Shown here in pieces: positions 14,906 through 28,315 of a stretch of 64,000 nucleotides of DNA. The notes under the pieces are model-generated. The model saw only the letters and a program-made list of their open reading frames with translations. It ran no database searches and was not told the DNA's origin. Position 1 is the stretch's first letter; every line of letters begins with the position of its first letter. The DNA comes from Eledone cirrhosa (lineage: Eukaryota), in NCBI GenBank assembly GCA_964016885.1, contig OZ024742.1, positions 194,308,001 to 194,372,000 on the forward strand, written 5' to 3'. Both the position numbers and the translations under genes were made by a program.

Positions 14906-15128
14906 ATTAGAAAATATATAGCTTTCACCGTATTTTTAACTAAAGGAATTTTAGCTTGATAACGGGGTTTAGAACCCTCAGATAAATGGAAAAAGATGAG
15001 TATTGACGTACATGTACGTCAATACGTCAATACTCATCTTTTTCCATTTATCTGAGGGTTCTAAAACCCCGTTATCAAGCTAAAATTACTTTAGTTAGAA
15101 ATACGGTGAAAGCTATATATTTTCTAAT
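14906..15128. repeat. Near-perfect palindrome near (TA)n tracts
   Basis: Centre TATTGACGTACA|TGTACGTCAATA at 15012/15013; ~105 bp arms; short duplication in right arm. Confidence 0.9.
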
Positions 15129-15177
15129 ATATATATATGTATATGTATATATATATGTATATATGTATATATATATG

Positions 15178-15249
<72 letters not shown>

Positions 15250-15252
<3 letters not shown>

Positions 15253-15326
15253 CGAAGGAAAAGTGGTAAGGAACCAGGTGGACCATAACGCACCAAAGTA
15301 CTCAATACTTGAGGTAGTAGAGTGGG

Positions 15327-15327
<1 letters not shown>
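15250..15327 (-). mobile_element. Family C terminal fragment in (TA)n
   Basis: GGTGCGTTATGGTCCAYCTGGTT motif also at ~27942 and twice within 60365-60462. Confidence 0.75.
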
Positions 15328-15361
<34 letters not shown>

Positions 15362-15393
15362 GTATATGTATATACATATATATATATGTATAT

Positions 15394-15427
<34 letters not shown>

Positions 15428-15500
15428 GTATATGTGTATATATATGTATATGTGTATATATATGTATATGTATATACGTATATGTATGTATATGTATATA

Positions 15501-15605
<105 letters not shown>

Positions 15606-15621
15606 TTAAATATATATATAT

Positions 15622-15890
15622 ATACATTGATATTAAATAAATGTATACAATAATTATAAAACAATATTTATTCTATTATATATATTTCAAGGGTACCAAA
15701 ACTTTGGTACGCTTTCATCAGATAAAATACAATCTTTGTTTCATACATATTGACATAACCAAGAAAAAATACCTTAATGGTTCAAGTTTTTCCTGGATTA
15801 GAGCGTACCAATATTTTGGTACACTTGAAATATATATAATAGAATAAATATGGTTTTATAAATTTAGTTTCCATTTATTTAATATAATTG
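15622..15890. mobile_element. Family E HHR insert with inverted arms (HHR on minus strand, ~15672-15731)
   Basis: Minus strand: CTGATGA-aagcgtaccaaagttttggtaccctt-GAAA-tatata-TA; inverted partial copy at 15800-15885; related to 37822-38195. Confidence 0.75.
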
Positions 15891-15892
15891 AA

Positions 15893-16040
15893 TATTATAC
15901 TCGAGCCAGAACATATATAATCAAGGTTTAGCAAATAAGTAAAAGTTTCAAAATAAATTTTAAGAAATTAACTTTACTAACTATGGTTACCTTTACCGAA
16001 TCGGTTTCGAGTTTCAAAAATAAATGGACAGTCCTTACGG

Positions 16041-16042
<2 letters not shown>
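15893..16042 (-). mobile_element. Family F fragment (3' half of HHR plus tail)
   Basis: Minus strand tccatttatttttgaaactcGAAAccgattcggTAaagg...tatttgctaaaccttgattatatatgttctggctcg matches 26935-27064. Confidence 0.7.
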
Positions 16043-16103
<61 letters not shown>

Positions 16104-16107
<4 letters not shown>

Positions 16108-16219
16108 TTGAAATAAAATGAAAACGAAATTTCATTTCTCACTCTTAGTACGGCACTTACTTAAATGTAAGTATGTGTGTATACGTACATACATATATGT
16201 ATACAGACGTACAGTAGCA

Positions 16220-16263
<44 letters not shown>

Positions 16264-16364
16264 CAGGTACACATACATATATGCACGTATCAGTTTAGCG
16301 GACGCTTATTATAACGCCGCTTTGTTCGTTTGTAAACAAACTGAACAGCCTGAATTGTATGCCG

Positions 16365-16430
<66 letters not shown>

Positions 16431-16478
16431 TGCTACTGTACGTCTGTATACATATATGTATGTACGTATACACACATA

Positions 16479-16481
<3 letters not shown>
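16104..16481. mobile_element. Family I (TA)n insert with internal inversion
   Basis: 16169-16225 is inverted at 16425-16482; 16104-16220 matches 27635-27752 in reverse complement. Confidence 0.7.
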
Positions 16482-16530
<49 letters not shown>

Positions 16531-17059
16531 AATAATGTGTGTGTGTGATTTTCTGATTAACAAAACAATAATACTGCAATATATATTGGCGTTAAAAGAG
16601 TAGGACATCTAGAAAACCAGTTGGTGTTTGATGATTACAAAGTGACTACTGCCATGGCAAGCTACTTGAAACCGCCGCTCTTTCTATTTCGTCTACCTGC
16701 GGCTTTCAAAGGTTTACAGTTTAAAGAAATATTTATGCAAATTGAACGTCTATAAGCCAATATTATATTAATCACAGCAAGACCAGTTATAGAAACTAAA
16801 TATTTTTCTGAAATGGTCTTTCACCTCTTTTCAGAGGCGGCACAGTAGGTGTGGTTTTAATAAGCGAATGTAGGTGATTGCAGCGTGAGTATGAAGAAAC
16901 ATGCAAGTACGAGGTGCGACAGTGAAAGAGTTGGAAGTCATCTATATATATAAAACTGAGGTTGTCTATCTTTCTGTCTGTCTGTCTGTATGTATGTCTA
17001 CTAAAACATCGGCACATAAATCTCATAGAGGTAGAAATAGCATAGAATCACCACCATAC

Positions 17060-18400
17060 ATACACTACCGCAATAGACACACTAATAGTCGCACACCACC
17101 AAACAGAAGGCGATGTAAAGACTATATATGGTACAACCCGGTCTATAACAACTATATTAAAACCAAGCTAACCTCACAATTCTTTCGATTAGTTAAAAAA
17201 CACTTTCCAACATCACATAAATATAATAAAATCTTAAACCCTAACACTATTCGACTTTCATATTCAACCGCCCCTAATACTGAACAACATATAAAAAAGC
17301 TTAACGCAAAATGGTTGTATAAACGCCTTCCAACACATAACAATACACGTAAAACATCAGCTATAACATCACAAAACAATAGAAAACATCGCGTCCTACC
17401 TAAGCAACCTCATCAATCCATCCATGCCAATACAACAACGCAAAATTATAACTGTAACTGTGTCCAACCAGGAATGTGTCCGTTTAACAATCAGTGTCTT
17501 GAACGCAACATCATATACAAATGTACTATCGAATCGGATAGCCAGAAGTTGTACTATGTGGGGTCTACAGCCACCTCCTTCAAATCTCGCCTTTATAGAC
17601 ATCGTTACTCGATAAAACATGAAAATCAGCGTTATGTAACAACACTCGCAGACAAGGCTTGGCAGCTGCGCGAAAATAACCAACAATTTAACCTAAAATG
17701 GGATATAATAGTGGCTGCCCCTACATCACTACGGACAGCAATTTTGTAAATTGTGTAATATGGAATTATTTTGTATTATAAAATCCAAAAATATTTTATT
17801 AAATAACAGAATAGAGCGATCGTTATACTGTAACCATCGCTTGAAATCTACATTTTCATATTACAAACACTACCAGGATTGAACGCCTGTCTCCATCTCC
17901 GTTTGATTGTCAAAATACATATTAACATTCTCTATTAGTCTTAATTCTATCAACTCTTCTATTCTTTACCATTTAATATAAACTGCTATAGATAAAATGA
18001 GATTTCTTAATTCAATTCGCTAATGTATATACCAGCAGGCTACCAGCATTGTTGTTATTCAGTAGCAGTGAAAATCCCCCTCTTCCTTAATTGACACTTT
18101 ATAATTAATACTACTACACCAAACGACCAGCCCTGTCCATTGTTCAATTGGTCAAGTATAGATTAAAATAGGCACTCCCAAAAATTCTTATTTAGATAAA
18201 ATAAACCATATACTCATTGTATTCTCATTAGAAACCCTTTATATACTTGTTTACCAGTAAATAGAATTGCCATCTGTCATATACTATCCCCGCTCTTCTT
18301 CCTTTATTACAACTAATATAAATACTTCAATTTTTCTGATTTTTTCCAATTTATCCAATATCTCTGAAGAAGTGACAACTGATTATACATTTGCTATCGA
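17060..18400 (+). mobile_element. Hydra-like PLE, 5'-truncated (GIY-YIG end plus 3' UTR)
   Basis: YIWYNPVY, KHFPTSHKYNKILNPNTIRLSYS, CNC..CPFNNQCLERNIIY..YYVGST..FKSRLYRH, then CKLC and LLNNR after a frameshift; 3' boundary uncertain. Confidence 0.8.
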
Positions 18401-18952
18401 ATACTTGCTAACATTATATGATTACGCAAGCAGTATGAACGCCCTACGTATGTACGCCGAGCAGCGGTTGTGTTAATTCCGCGATGACCCCATTTGTCGC
18501 ACCTTTGTTGCTGTGTAAACGCAGTGCAATCAGTGTCGCCCAGCGTTTGCGCTAATTGCACTATGACCCTCTTCTACTGCAGCTGCGTTGACACGCTGTT
18601 TTCGTCATATCAATATCCTTACTTAAACGTACATCCCTACTTGGTTTTCACAAAATGAATACGTCGCTCCTTCAGACTGAAGTGCGTTCCCCATCCGTGA
18701 CGTAATTCGTGAACAGACTTACGATATATATCGCCCCACACCACTTACTCCTTTCGAAGACAGGATTTCCGCAATCAGTTCATTGACACAGCTACTACTG
18801 GATTCGACCTGCTGGTGTTCTACGTTTCCAGTAGCTAACAATCATTCTCTGAGAATAAGGGAATTCAAAAAGTACACAGCTACATTCCTCAATATTTGCA
18901 TATGCGTGTTGCTATTTCACTTTTCCAACCCCAACGCCGGGTCCTGCAACTA

Positions 18953-19072
<120 letters not shown>

Positions 19073-19150
19073 GAGAGAGAGGGAGAGAGAGAGTGCTTCC
19101 AATCTACTGTAAAACTCATTCTTTGATATACTCATTGAATATTGTTTAAC

Positions 19151-19190
<40 letters not shown>

Positions 19191-20402
19191 GGAAGCAGAA
19201 AATTGCTTTTTGTGATCAGGTTCGTGGTTAAGATAGACACTTTCATGGATGGTTTCAACGTACGGTTAGGGGTAATTCCACAAGTTTGTAAGAATTCCGT
19301 TCAATCTTGGAGTATATAGTATAAAAGAGAAAACACTGGTAAGCATTAAGAGAAGGATTTTATCCAGGTATTTACGACCGTTTCATTGGTAAGTGCAACC
19401 TTATATTGCTATACTGCAAATAGCAGCCACTCAATTATAATTGTTGTTCAGAGTCCAAATTTTCAAAATAGTATATATATATATATACACACATACATAT
19501 CCATTATAGTTTGTGCGTGAGCTTTTCTATATGTACGTCTGTAATATGACGTGTGCTTCAGCGATTTTCTTTCAAATTCTCTTTCAAAATAGTCTAGACT
19601 GTGAATCACATAACACCGTAATAACATTTTATTTTTTTCTATGAAAAATTGAACTATTGTTCCAAAAGATCAATAAGCCAAAGATTGTCACACATAATAA
19701 TTGATTCTCTGAAAATTAAGTTTTAGTTTAAAACATTATGTTAGCACTCATTTCTTATTGTACAAGTGGCATTCAATTGGAAATAACGATACAAGAAAAA
19801 CAATATTAAAAGACGGATAAACGTCATAAATTCCGTGATCTATTAATTCATAGCAAATTTAAATTAAAGTTGTTAAAAATTCAAACAATGTTGATATTTT
19901 ATTTCCTGCCCGACAGAAAACAATTGAGAACGATATTAAAGAAACAGATGGATAATTATGAATTAATTAAATGATTAGATTAATGTTCTCCGATATTAGT
20001 CAAACGAATTCATGACAAAGTAGAACAGGAATAGAATCTACGACCGTCACTCGCAGCGCTATTTTCATTAATTAAATTCTTCTTCTTGTTTTTCCCTTTC
20101 TCTCTCTTTTTGTTATATATTTAAATCATTTTTTAAATATTTTTTATTATTGTATACTTCTGTTGAATAGTAAATTCTGATGTTAGGACCTACTAGAGTT
20201 TCGCTAATGATTTTCGATGTCCATGTGGTTACGAACAGACACAGACACTTTAACACTATCAAACTTGACATATTTTAACATCAATCAGTTGCAGCTACAT
20301 TGAGAAAGAGAGTTACAGTGAGATAAATATAGAAAAAATGACATAAAGACAGAGAGACAAAGTTGGTGAAGAAAGAGAGAGAGAGAGAGAGAAAGATAGA
20401 TG

Positions 20403-20475
<73 letters not shown>

Positions 20476-20977
20476 GAGATGAGCGGAACAAGCAAGCATT
20501 AAACAATCTTTTAAATAAATTAAAAGACGATTTAAATATTCACCTGTTCCAAATGCTGTTACCGACGGTTTCGCTTCACAAAAGATTGGAAATTCAGAGA
20601 ATTTCTAACGGAAATACAGGCCGTTAGTAGAAGCAAGAATATTATAGACTTGTGGTCTGTCACGCTACTAAAGAATAGCAGCAAGATACAACATTTTCTT
20701 CTCTTATATTGAGTCTTAGTTGTATGAACAATACATGAGAAATAGTATTCATGGTTAGGTGGGAGACAAGTAAATATAATTCACTCGTCATGGCTTGTTT
20801 TCATCAAAACATATTGAAGTATTACATATAAACAAAATCGAGAAAAATATAAAAACTGAAAAGTATATAGACCTAGAGAAGATAAAATACAATATAAGAA
20901 ATATGCCATAATCTTATCTATTAATACATTTTGTGTAGTTTAACATTAACTGCCAATAATAACTGAAATCAGCATTT

Positions 20978-21083
<106 letters not shown>

Positions 21084-21274
21084 AATACTACTACTGTTGC
21101 TGCTGCTGTTACTTCTATTGTTAGTACTGCTACTGCCGCTACTACTAATATTCTAATACTACTACCGCTGCCTGCTTCTACAACTACTATTCATACTACT
21201 ACAGGCACCACCATCGCTAATTCGCGTGTGTGTGCGCTGGGCCACCAACAGTTCCTGATCATAAAATTAACGTG

Positions 21275-21343
<69 letters not shown>

Positions 21344-21344
21344 C

Positions 21345-21580
21345 TGAATATTTCATTGACACCTGTACCAATTGCGGTAGTTCTCAGGGAGATGTAGGAC
21401 CACAAAGTGTGTGACATGGGTGTTCATTTCAAATAGAGGTACAGTTAATTATTAGCAGTTTGAGTAGTGGAGCAACGTGAAACAAAATGTGTTGCTCAAG
21501 GAGAAAAATTGTCCCAACCGGGCCGGGAATCGAATTCAGGTCTTTACAATCTTTAGGCGAATATCTTAACAAAACAAAAC
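21345..21580 (-). mobile_element. Old tRNA-derived SINE (second type)
   Basis: TGGAGCAACGTGAAACAAAATGTGTTGCTCAAGG and GGGAATCGAA (reverse B-box); similar to 46968-47020. Confidence 0.55.
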
Positions 21581-21849
21581 GCGTACCTTCAAGTGTATGA
21601 TATGGGTGGCCATTTGAATTAAAGTCATAGATCACTGTTACCAGATGAGTAAAGTAACGTGATATAAAATACATTGCTTAAGTTCACAGTACGTTGCCAA
21701 CTTTCGAGCTCACCATCCTAATAAATAAGATGCTTTCACTCAAAGCGAACATAATTTAGGCATAAGGACATCAAATTTAGAGGAAGGGCAACGTTGATAC
21801 TAATATAATATCTTATCTAATATTCTACCAATTATGCCAACCCTCCATT

Positions 21850-22125
21850 CTTAATAACTGTTTCTAGTTTAGGCACAAGGCCTGCAATTTGAAGGAGAGG
21901 GGGAAAGTTGTTGAGCCCGTAAGGATGAAAGTCAAAGCTAACCTCGGCGGGATTTGAACTCAGAACGTAACTCTGTGCTGCAAAGCATGGTGTCTGATGC
22001 TCTACCGATACTGGCAACCACCACTCTTAATGGCACAAGTTCAGCAATTACCCCAGTGTATGCTGCTTTATTTTATCGACCCCGTAAAGATAAAAGGCAA
22101 AGTTAACATCGGCGGAATTTGAACA
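21850..22125 (-). mobile_element. Two SINE copies (same family as 7843)
   Basis: Reverse complement of B-box, core and tail. Confidence 0.8.
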
Positions 22126-22821
22126 TGGACATGATTTGCAATTAAGCGCAATTAAGCACACTTTTTAAGAAGGATAATGTCAAAAATATCAATGTTTGTA
22201 CGGGTCTGGTCCTTTTTTTTATTGACAGCAGAAGAATGAATGGCATAATTAACTCTCAATCAGATCTGAACTCTGAATGTAAAGGAACGAAACTAAATGC
22301 TTGTCACCAATTTGCCCGACACTCTAACGATTCTACTAATTCACTACCATAGTTGAACCTCGAAGGGATGTGAATACAGTATGTAATGGAGCAAGTTGAA
22401 TAATTCTACCAATTCACGACCTTAACACACACAAAGCTAGCAATATTAAAGTTATTAACTAGAACAAGATGATTGTAAGTAAAAGTAGAACAAAATAGAA
22501 ATGCAGTATGTAATGGCAAATATTCTTATAGCATTATATTCTGTTATTCATATATTTTCTATTGACTTTGGTCGTTGATTGTAGTCACGCAAGCAAAACG
22601 TTCTCAAGGGGTTTACGTTGATATTAAGACCAGTAGGCTATTCGGAGCTTATTTCATAGATTCCTATTCATCGACTATCTCATATATTTTACATTTTTAT
22701 ATATTCTCATACATTAGATGTTCATATATATGTGTGTGTGTGTGTGTGTGTTTCTACATCTACATAAAATTCGCATATTATTATATACGTATATAACTTC
22801 ATGAATGTTATGTATATGTAC

Positions 22822-22968
<147 letters not shown>

Positions 22969-23029
22969 GTATTCAGAAAGCGTTCAGCAAGTTATGTATT
23001 TTCAATGTATGTTAGCTTAAAGTCAGTTG

Positions 23030-24185
23030 TCTCAACGGAGAAATATAAGACCCTCAGAGAACTGGTCATGAAAGGAATGTGCCCATTATACAGGAGCAAA
23101 TTATGCAATAGCTTAGATAGAACTAAACATGAGATGGGAAAAGCCATTTCATGGTACTACAACTAGAGATAGCAGAGTGTCATGTTCGTGGACGCTACCC
23201 TTGGAGGGAAACTAACCAATGAAGAAAGGCCCTGAAAAATACCCACTTAAATATTAAAGTGGTAGAAAAGCCAGGAACTACCATAAAATCCCTGATCAGC
23301 AAAACACCCTTTTAAGAAAATTCACTGTACTCATAGGAAATGTATTATATGTAAAGTAAACCCCCGGATAAACTGTAAAACTAGAAATGTAGTCTATAGC
23401 ATAAGATGTAGAGAGGGTACTTGCAGAAACATGACAACAACATACATAGGAGAGACAGTTCGAAGCATAGGAGTACGGATAGACCAACACTGAGGGGAAT
23501 TAAAAGGACGAAAAAACGGTTCAGTAGTATACGAATACGCCAGACAACAATATGACGGTAATATAGACAACATAGAAATTAAAATAATATCTAAACATAG
23601 AAATGACCCAGCAGGTAGGCAAATCAGAGAGGCAAGTGAAATAGAACTTAGAAGGCCAAAGCTAAACAGAAAAAATGAATGGAATAACAACGAAACCCAA
23701 ACAAACAATACTGACTGAAGAGAAATATAAATAAATAAATAAACATATACACAAGCACAATAACAACAAACACATATAAACACATAAACTAAGATAGAAT
23801 ATAATAACCAGTCACCCAAACGCGAACACACACACACCAAACACTATACTCACACGCAGACGCATGCGCAGAGAAGGAGACAAAAATAAATAAATAAATA
23901 GATAAAATAAAAATAGCGTAGACATACAATACAACAGGAGGAACACATAATAGTACCACTGATGATGTTGCATATGTGCAACGAAGAACTTTGTTAGACT
24001 ATATATATGTATTTATATCTGTATTTTTGACCGTTGGTCAGTCACTGATAAACATTCAGGACCAAATGAATTCACTGTGGAGATATAAAAGATACAGAAA
24101 AAAACCCAACCAAACAGTGAGTGTATTCTATTATTATTTCTGGCAATATTATAACAACAATATGACCCTCCTAAGTATAACGTTA
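23030..24185 (+). mobile_element. Naiad-like PLE fragment 1 (GIY-YIG plus pLTR)
   Basis: Manual translation: CTHRKCIICKVNPRINCKTRNVVYSIRCREGTC..TYIGETVRSIGVR..RQIREASEI..LNRKNEW; HHR-like CTGATGA-tgttgcatatgtgcaac-GAA at 23958; ends ATGACCCTCCTAAGTATAAC. Confidence 0.8.
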
Positions 24186-24236
24186 TATATATATGGAGTT
24201 GGTCCGAGTATAGCTTAAGGCTTTCTCTGTTAATGT

Positions 24237-24277
<41 letters not shown>

Positions 24278-24281
<4 letters not shown>

Positions 24282-26015
24282 CGTTTCTGAATTTGTTTAA
24301 CAAGATACTTTATCTGAAAACATGTGTTGAAACCGATATTGTTATACTTTGGGAGAGTCATGTTGCCAATAAGCAACACACGCACCTCTTGCTTTAAATC
24401 CAATTTATTATAAATTAAATTATAAATTTAAGAAATTTATAAATTTCCGGTTGGTTGGTTGGTTGGTTGGTTGGTTGCACAACCGGACCGTTGTTCATAT
24501 ATTGCTAAATTTCTTTCGTCACACATTCTGTGACCTCATCAGTGCCCGGTGATTCGTTTCTTTTTTTTGTACGTCTCCTTTGTTCTGTCCTACGCCATCT
24601 TGTGTTTGTGTGTTGTGTGCTTAGTTTGCGCATGTGTTACATCGGGGTGTTTTTGTGTGTTTTTATTTGTTTATTTATTTGTTTATTTACATGTTACTAG
24701 TTGGTTGTTTGTTCTATGTGTGTATGTTTTCATTTTGTCCTTAATTGTCTGCTGTGATGTTGCTATTTCATTCACGTTTTCTATTTAATTTTGGTTGGAG
24801 TGCATTTATGTTTATTGTCTATGTGATTTGTCTAAACATTGCGTCTTTTCTGTGTGTAGATTTTATTTTTATTTCTATGTTCTCTAATTTACCCTTATGT
24901 TCTATTTTAGCATGTTGGTGGAGTACTGATGAGTCTTTTCTATCTTGAAACTCTCGCCAGTGTTCATTTAATCGTTCTCCTATACTACGAGCTGTCTCGC
25001 CTATGTACACTATATTCTTATCTTGACATCGTCCCTCAGTACATCTTATGCTATATACTATGTTTCTAGTTTTGCAGTTAATCTGGGGGCTTAGTTTACA
25101 GATTATGCATTTCTTATCTATAGAGGAGGTCTTTGAAAAGGGTATGTATTACTAATAAGTGTTTTTATGGAGGTACCTGGTCTTTCCACTATCTTAATAT
25201 ATAGTTTAAGTTTATCTAGGGCCCTTCTAAATGTTTAAGCTAGTTCACCTCTAGGGGTTGTATTGATGAACATTACACTCCGGTATTTATTGATATCATA
25301 CCATGAGTTTATTCTATTAACCTTCTTTCTAGATTTGTTCTATTCTATTCCAAAATTTGCTCCTATACAAGGGCAGGTCCCATTTGTTTCATTATTTACC
25401 ATTTTTTCCCATTTGGTTCTGGCTCCTCTATATACTCTGATTTTATCTCTCTGATTGTAACCAGAGAACTGCATACGGTGGATGAAGTGTTGTATGTGTC
25501 TCTCTAGTTCTTTGGAGTTTCACGTGCAGGACACGTTCCTCATCACCCGTCCTAAATCCGCAATCAGTATGTTTATTTTGGTGTGATCCGAAAGAGCTGA
25601 GTTTCGGTGGATAAGGTATTTGGAAGTCATGGGTTTGCCATGATGGGAATGAAGGATTTGTTTTTTTGTTATTAATAGTTTCTAACCAGAGGTCTGTGTC
25701 TAGTACAGGTAATCGATGGTTGGGGTGTTTGATAGGGTAGTGTATATTAACTTTAATATTTTAATGGATGCAGTTAGCTATTTGCTGGATGCTTTCCATA
25801 GTGTTTTTCAATAATTCCAGGCTGTTCTCTAGTCGGGGTGTTTTTATACGATGTTTATATCATCAACTTAGCGGGAGTACATAATCGGGGTTAAGAGGTT
25901 GTTGTATTGTAATTCTTTAAGTTTAAGTTTATTGTCCCACCATACCATTAATAGTTTAGCTATGACAGCTGCAATGCTAACACCAATGACTGCTCCCTCC
26001 TCCTGGACATATGTT
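24278..26015 (-). mobile_element. Naiad-like PLE fragment 2 (RT C-terminal half, thumb, GIY-YIG, pLTR) between (TA)n tracts
   Basis: Minus strand: YVQEEGAVIGVSIAAVIAKLLMVWWD, VDDIN, KPMTSKYLIHRNSAL..RVMRNVS, FIHRMQFSGY, KCIICK..NCKTRNIVYSIRC..YIGETARSIGERLNEH; HHR-like CTGATGA-ggtcacagaatgtgtgac-GAAA at ~24514-24543. Confidence 0.85.
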
Positions 26016-26087
26016 TTATATATATATATATATATAAACATGACGTTTAAGATAACAGGTTAAAATTAGTTTCATTTATTCACAATC

Positions 26088-26146
26088 ACTGTTATATATA
26101 TTTCGCTGATAACCGTTAAGCACCAGTTATATCCTCATGAGACAGC
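26088..26146 (-). ncRNA. Degenerate minimal HHR (core CUCAUGA)
   Basis: Minus strand: ctgt-CTCATGA-ggatataactggtgcttaacggttatcagc-GAAA-tatata-TA-acag. Confidence 0.55.
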
Positions 26147-26729
26147 TACCAATTGAACAGAAACAATTCATATTATTAGGAATAAATCTTACTTCTGTTA
26201 TTTCGTCTCCTTCATATGCTCTGGGATGAATTTTCGTGTTGCTTTCTCAAGGCCCTGGTAGCTAATTATTTAGAATGAACGAATTTACAGCATCAGTAGA
26301 ATTAACCCCTTCCTATTGGTCATATTTAGCATCACCATTCCAACAACAAGTCTTTTGAATTTCTTATGGATGACATTGTCTTGGAATCAAGTAAATCAGT
26401 GGCGGTTGTTTTCTGCAACCATAATAATAACTAAAGATACCTTAATCTATTCCAGAATAAATATAGGACGATCAGTCACTGTGTACTTTTGAAAATAGCA
26501 TTTATTTTCACTAGCTCTGACAGTTTGGCAGGTGAACAGTGAACTGTACTGATGAAAGGTGATACCCAGAAACATTAGTGTCTGCAGTTCTGTATACATG
26601 CCAACACAAGAGCAAGAATGAAGGGTTCATTCTACTGACATGGCTATACAAATGAGGCTTCTTTGCATAATTGCAAACGAATCGAATGTTATAATTAATA
26701 TTCGAAAAACTCAGATTACATTTCTTATG

Positions 26730-26885
<156 letters not shown>

Positions 26886-26896
26886 TATATATATAT

Positions 26897-27478
26897 TGAA
26901 AGCCGTCTTCTCAATGGATTTCCGCATGGATTATCGATTTATTTGTTTTGATACTTGAAACCGTACGGTAAGGGTAATTACAGCAGGTACGGTGAACTTT
27001 TTAAAATTTTTATTTTTAAACTTTTTCTTATTTGCTAAACCTTGATTATATATGTTGTGGCTCGTTAATGTATTAACCTACCATAGAACCACATTGGCAT
27101 ACGGTTACATAATACATGTGTCCCTATATACATTTTGCATGTAGGGAGACATACTTGATTATTATTAATCTCCCCTAGTCGAGATAACTTGTTGGTCTTT
27201 TTAACTGTTGCTATTTCTAGTGGCAGTACATTGACCGTTCCGCCCCTGCCTTCTATTTTTACACACGGCACTAGACAACAGTCCGTGATTTGAACTCGGG
27301 AATTTTATATTCTCCGAGCGAGAAGAACCCTCTGAAGAAAGTCTTCTTCTCAATGATTTTCTGCATGGATTATCCATTTATTTTGTGACTTGAACCGTAC
27401 GGTAAGGGTAATTGCAGCAGGTACAGTGAACGTTTTAAAATTTATTTTTAAACTTTTTCTTATTTGCTTAACCTTGAT

Positions 27479-27480
<2 letters not shown>
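26897..27480 (+). mobile_element. Two tandem family F copies bounded by (TA)n
   Basis: 26905-27050 repeats at 27345-27480; second copy has accct-CTGAAGA-aagtc..gactt-GAA-ccgtacgg-TA-agggt (27327-27409). Confidence 0.8.
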
Positions 27481-27542
<62 letters not shown>

Positions 27543-27747
27543 CAATAAAACAAACAAACCGAGCATTATAATAATTGTTCGGTACACCGATACGTGCATG
27601 TATATATATGTGTGCATGTGTGTATATATATACATACTACTGTACGTCTGTATACATATATGTATGTACGTATACATACATACATACTTACATTTAAGTA
27701 AGTGCCGTACTAAGGGTTAGAAATAAAATTTCGTTTCATTCTATTCC

Positions 27748-27794
<47 letters not shown>

Positions 27795-27798
<4 letters not shown>

Positions 27799-27990
27799 AA
27801 AAAGTATGACCCCGACGGCAGGACTTAATCCGTTTCCACGGCTATTTCTGGAGTTCAGAAATAGCCGTGGAAACGGCGTGAATTCTGCCGTCGGGGTCAT
27901 ACATTTTCCTATTTACCACTCTACTTCCCTATTGTGTACTCTGGTGCGTTATGGTCCATCTGGTTCCTTACCACAATTCCTTTGTTTTAT
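27795..27990 (+). mobile_element. Family C fold-back palindrome with HHR 3' half
   Basis: Arms 27795-27850 and 27856-27911; GAAA-cggcgtgaattctgccg-TC-ggggt; related piece at 36013-36070. Confidence 0.8.
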
Positions 27991-28004
27991 ATACATATAT
28001 ATAT

Positions 28005-28315
28005 ATATTGTTATACTTTGGGAGGGTCATGTTGCCAATAAGAAACACACGCACCAGTTGCTTTCACTTCAATTTATTATATATTTATAAATTTAAATGA
28101 CTATATATAAACAACTATCTGGTTGTGGAACCAACCAACCAACCAGAAATTTATAAATTTATAAATTTGTAAATTTATAAATATATAATAAATTGAAGTG
28201 AAAGCAACTGGTGCGTGTGTTTCTTATTGGCAACATGACCCTCCCAAAGTATAACAATATCGGTTTCAACACACGATTTCAGATAAAGAATCTTGCTAAA
28301 CAAATTCAGAAACGA
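28005..28315 (+). mobile_element. Fold-back solo terminus of the Naiad-like PLE
   Basis: Arms 28005-28093 and 28171-28260; ends AAACAAATTCAGAAACGA(TA)n, the same junction as 24278-24300 in reverse complement. Confidence 0.85.

Noticed and set aside
19370-20610. Isolated minus-strand GAAAC..UH half-motifs near 19380, 20195 and 20570
   Set aside because: No properly spaced CUGANGA or closing stems.
23480-23500. In-frame TGA in Naiad-like GIY-YIG as possible selenocysteine
   Set aside because: Aligns to Trp (EHWRE) in the sister element, so probably TGG>TGA; no convincing SECIS seen.
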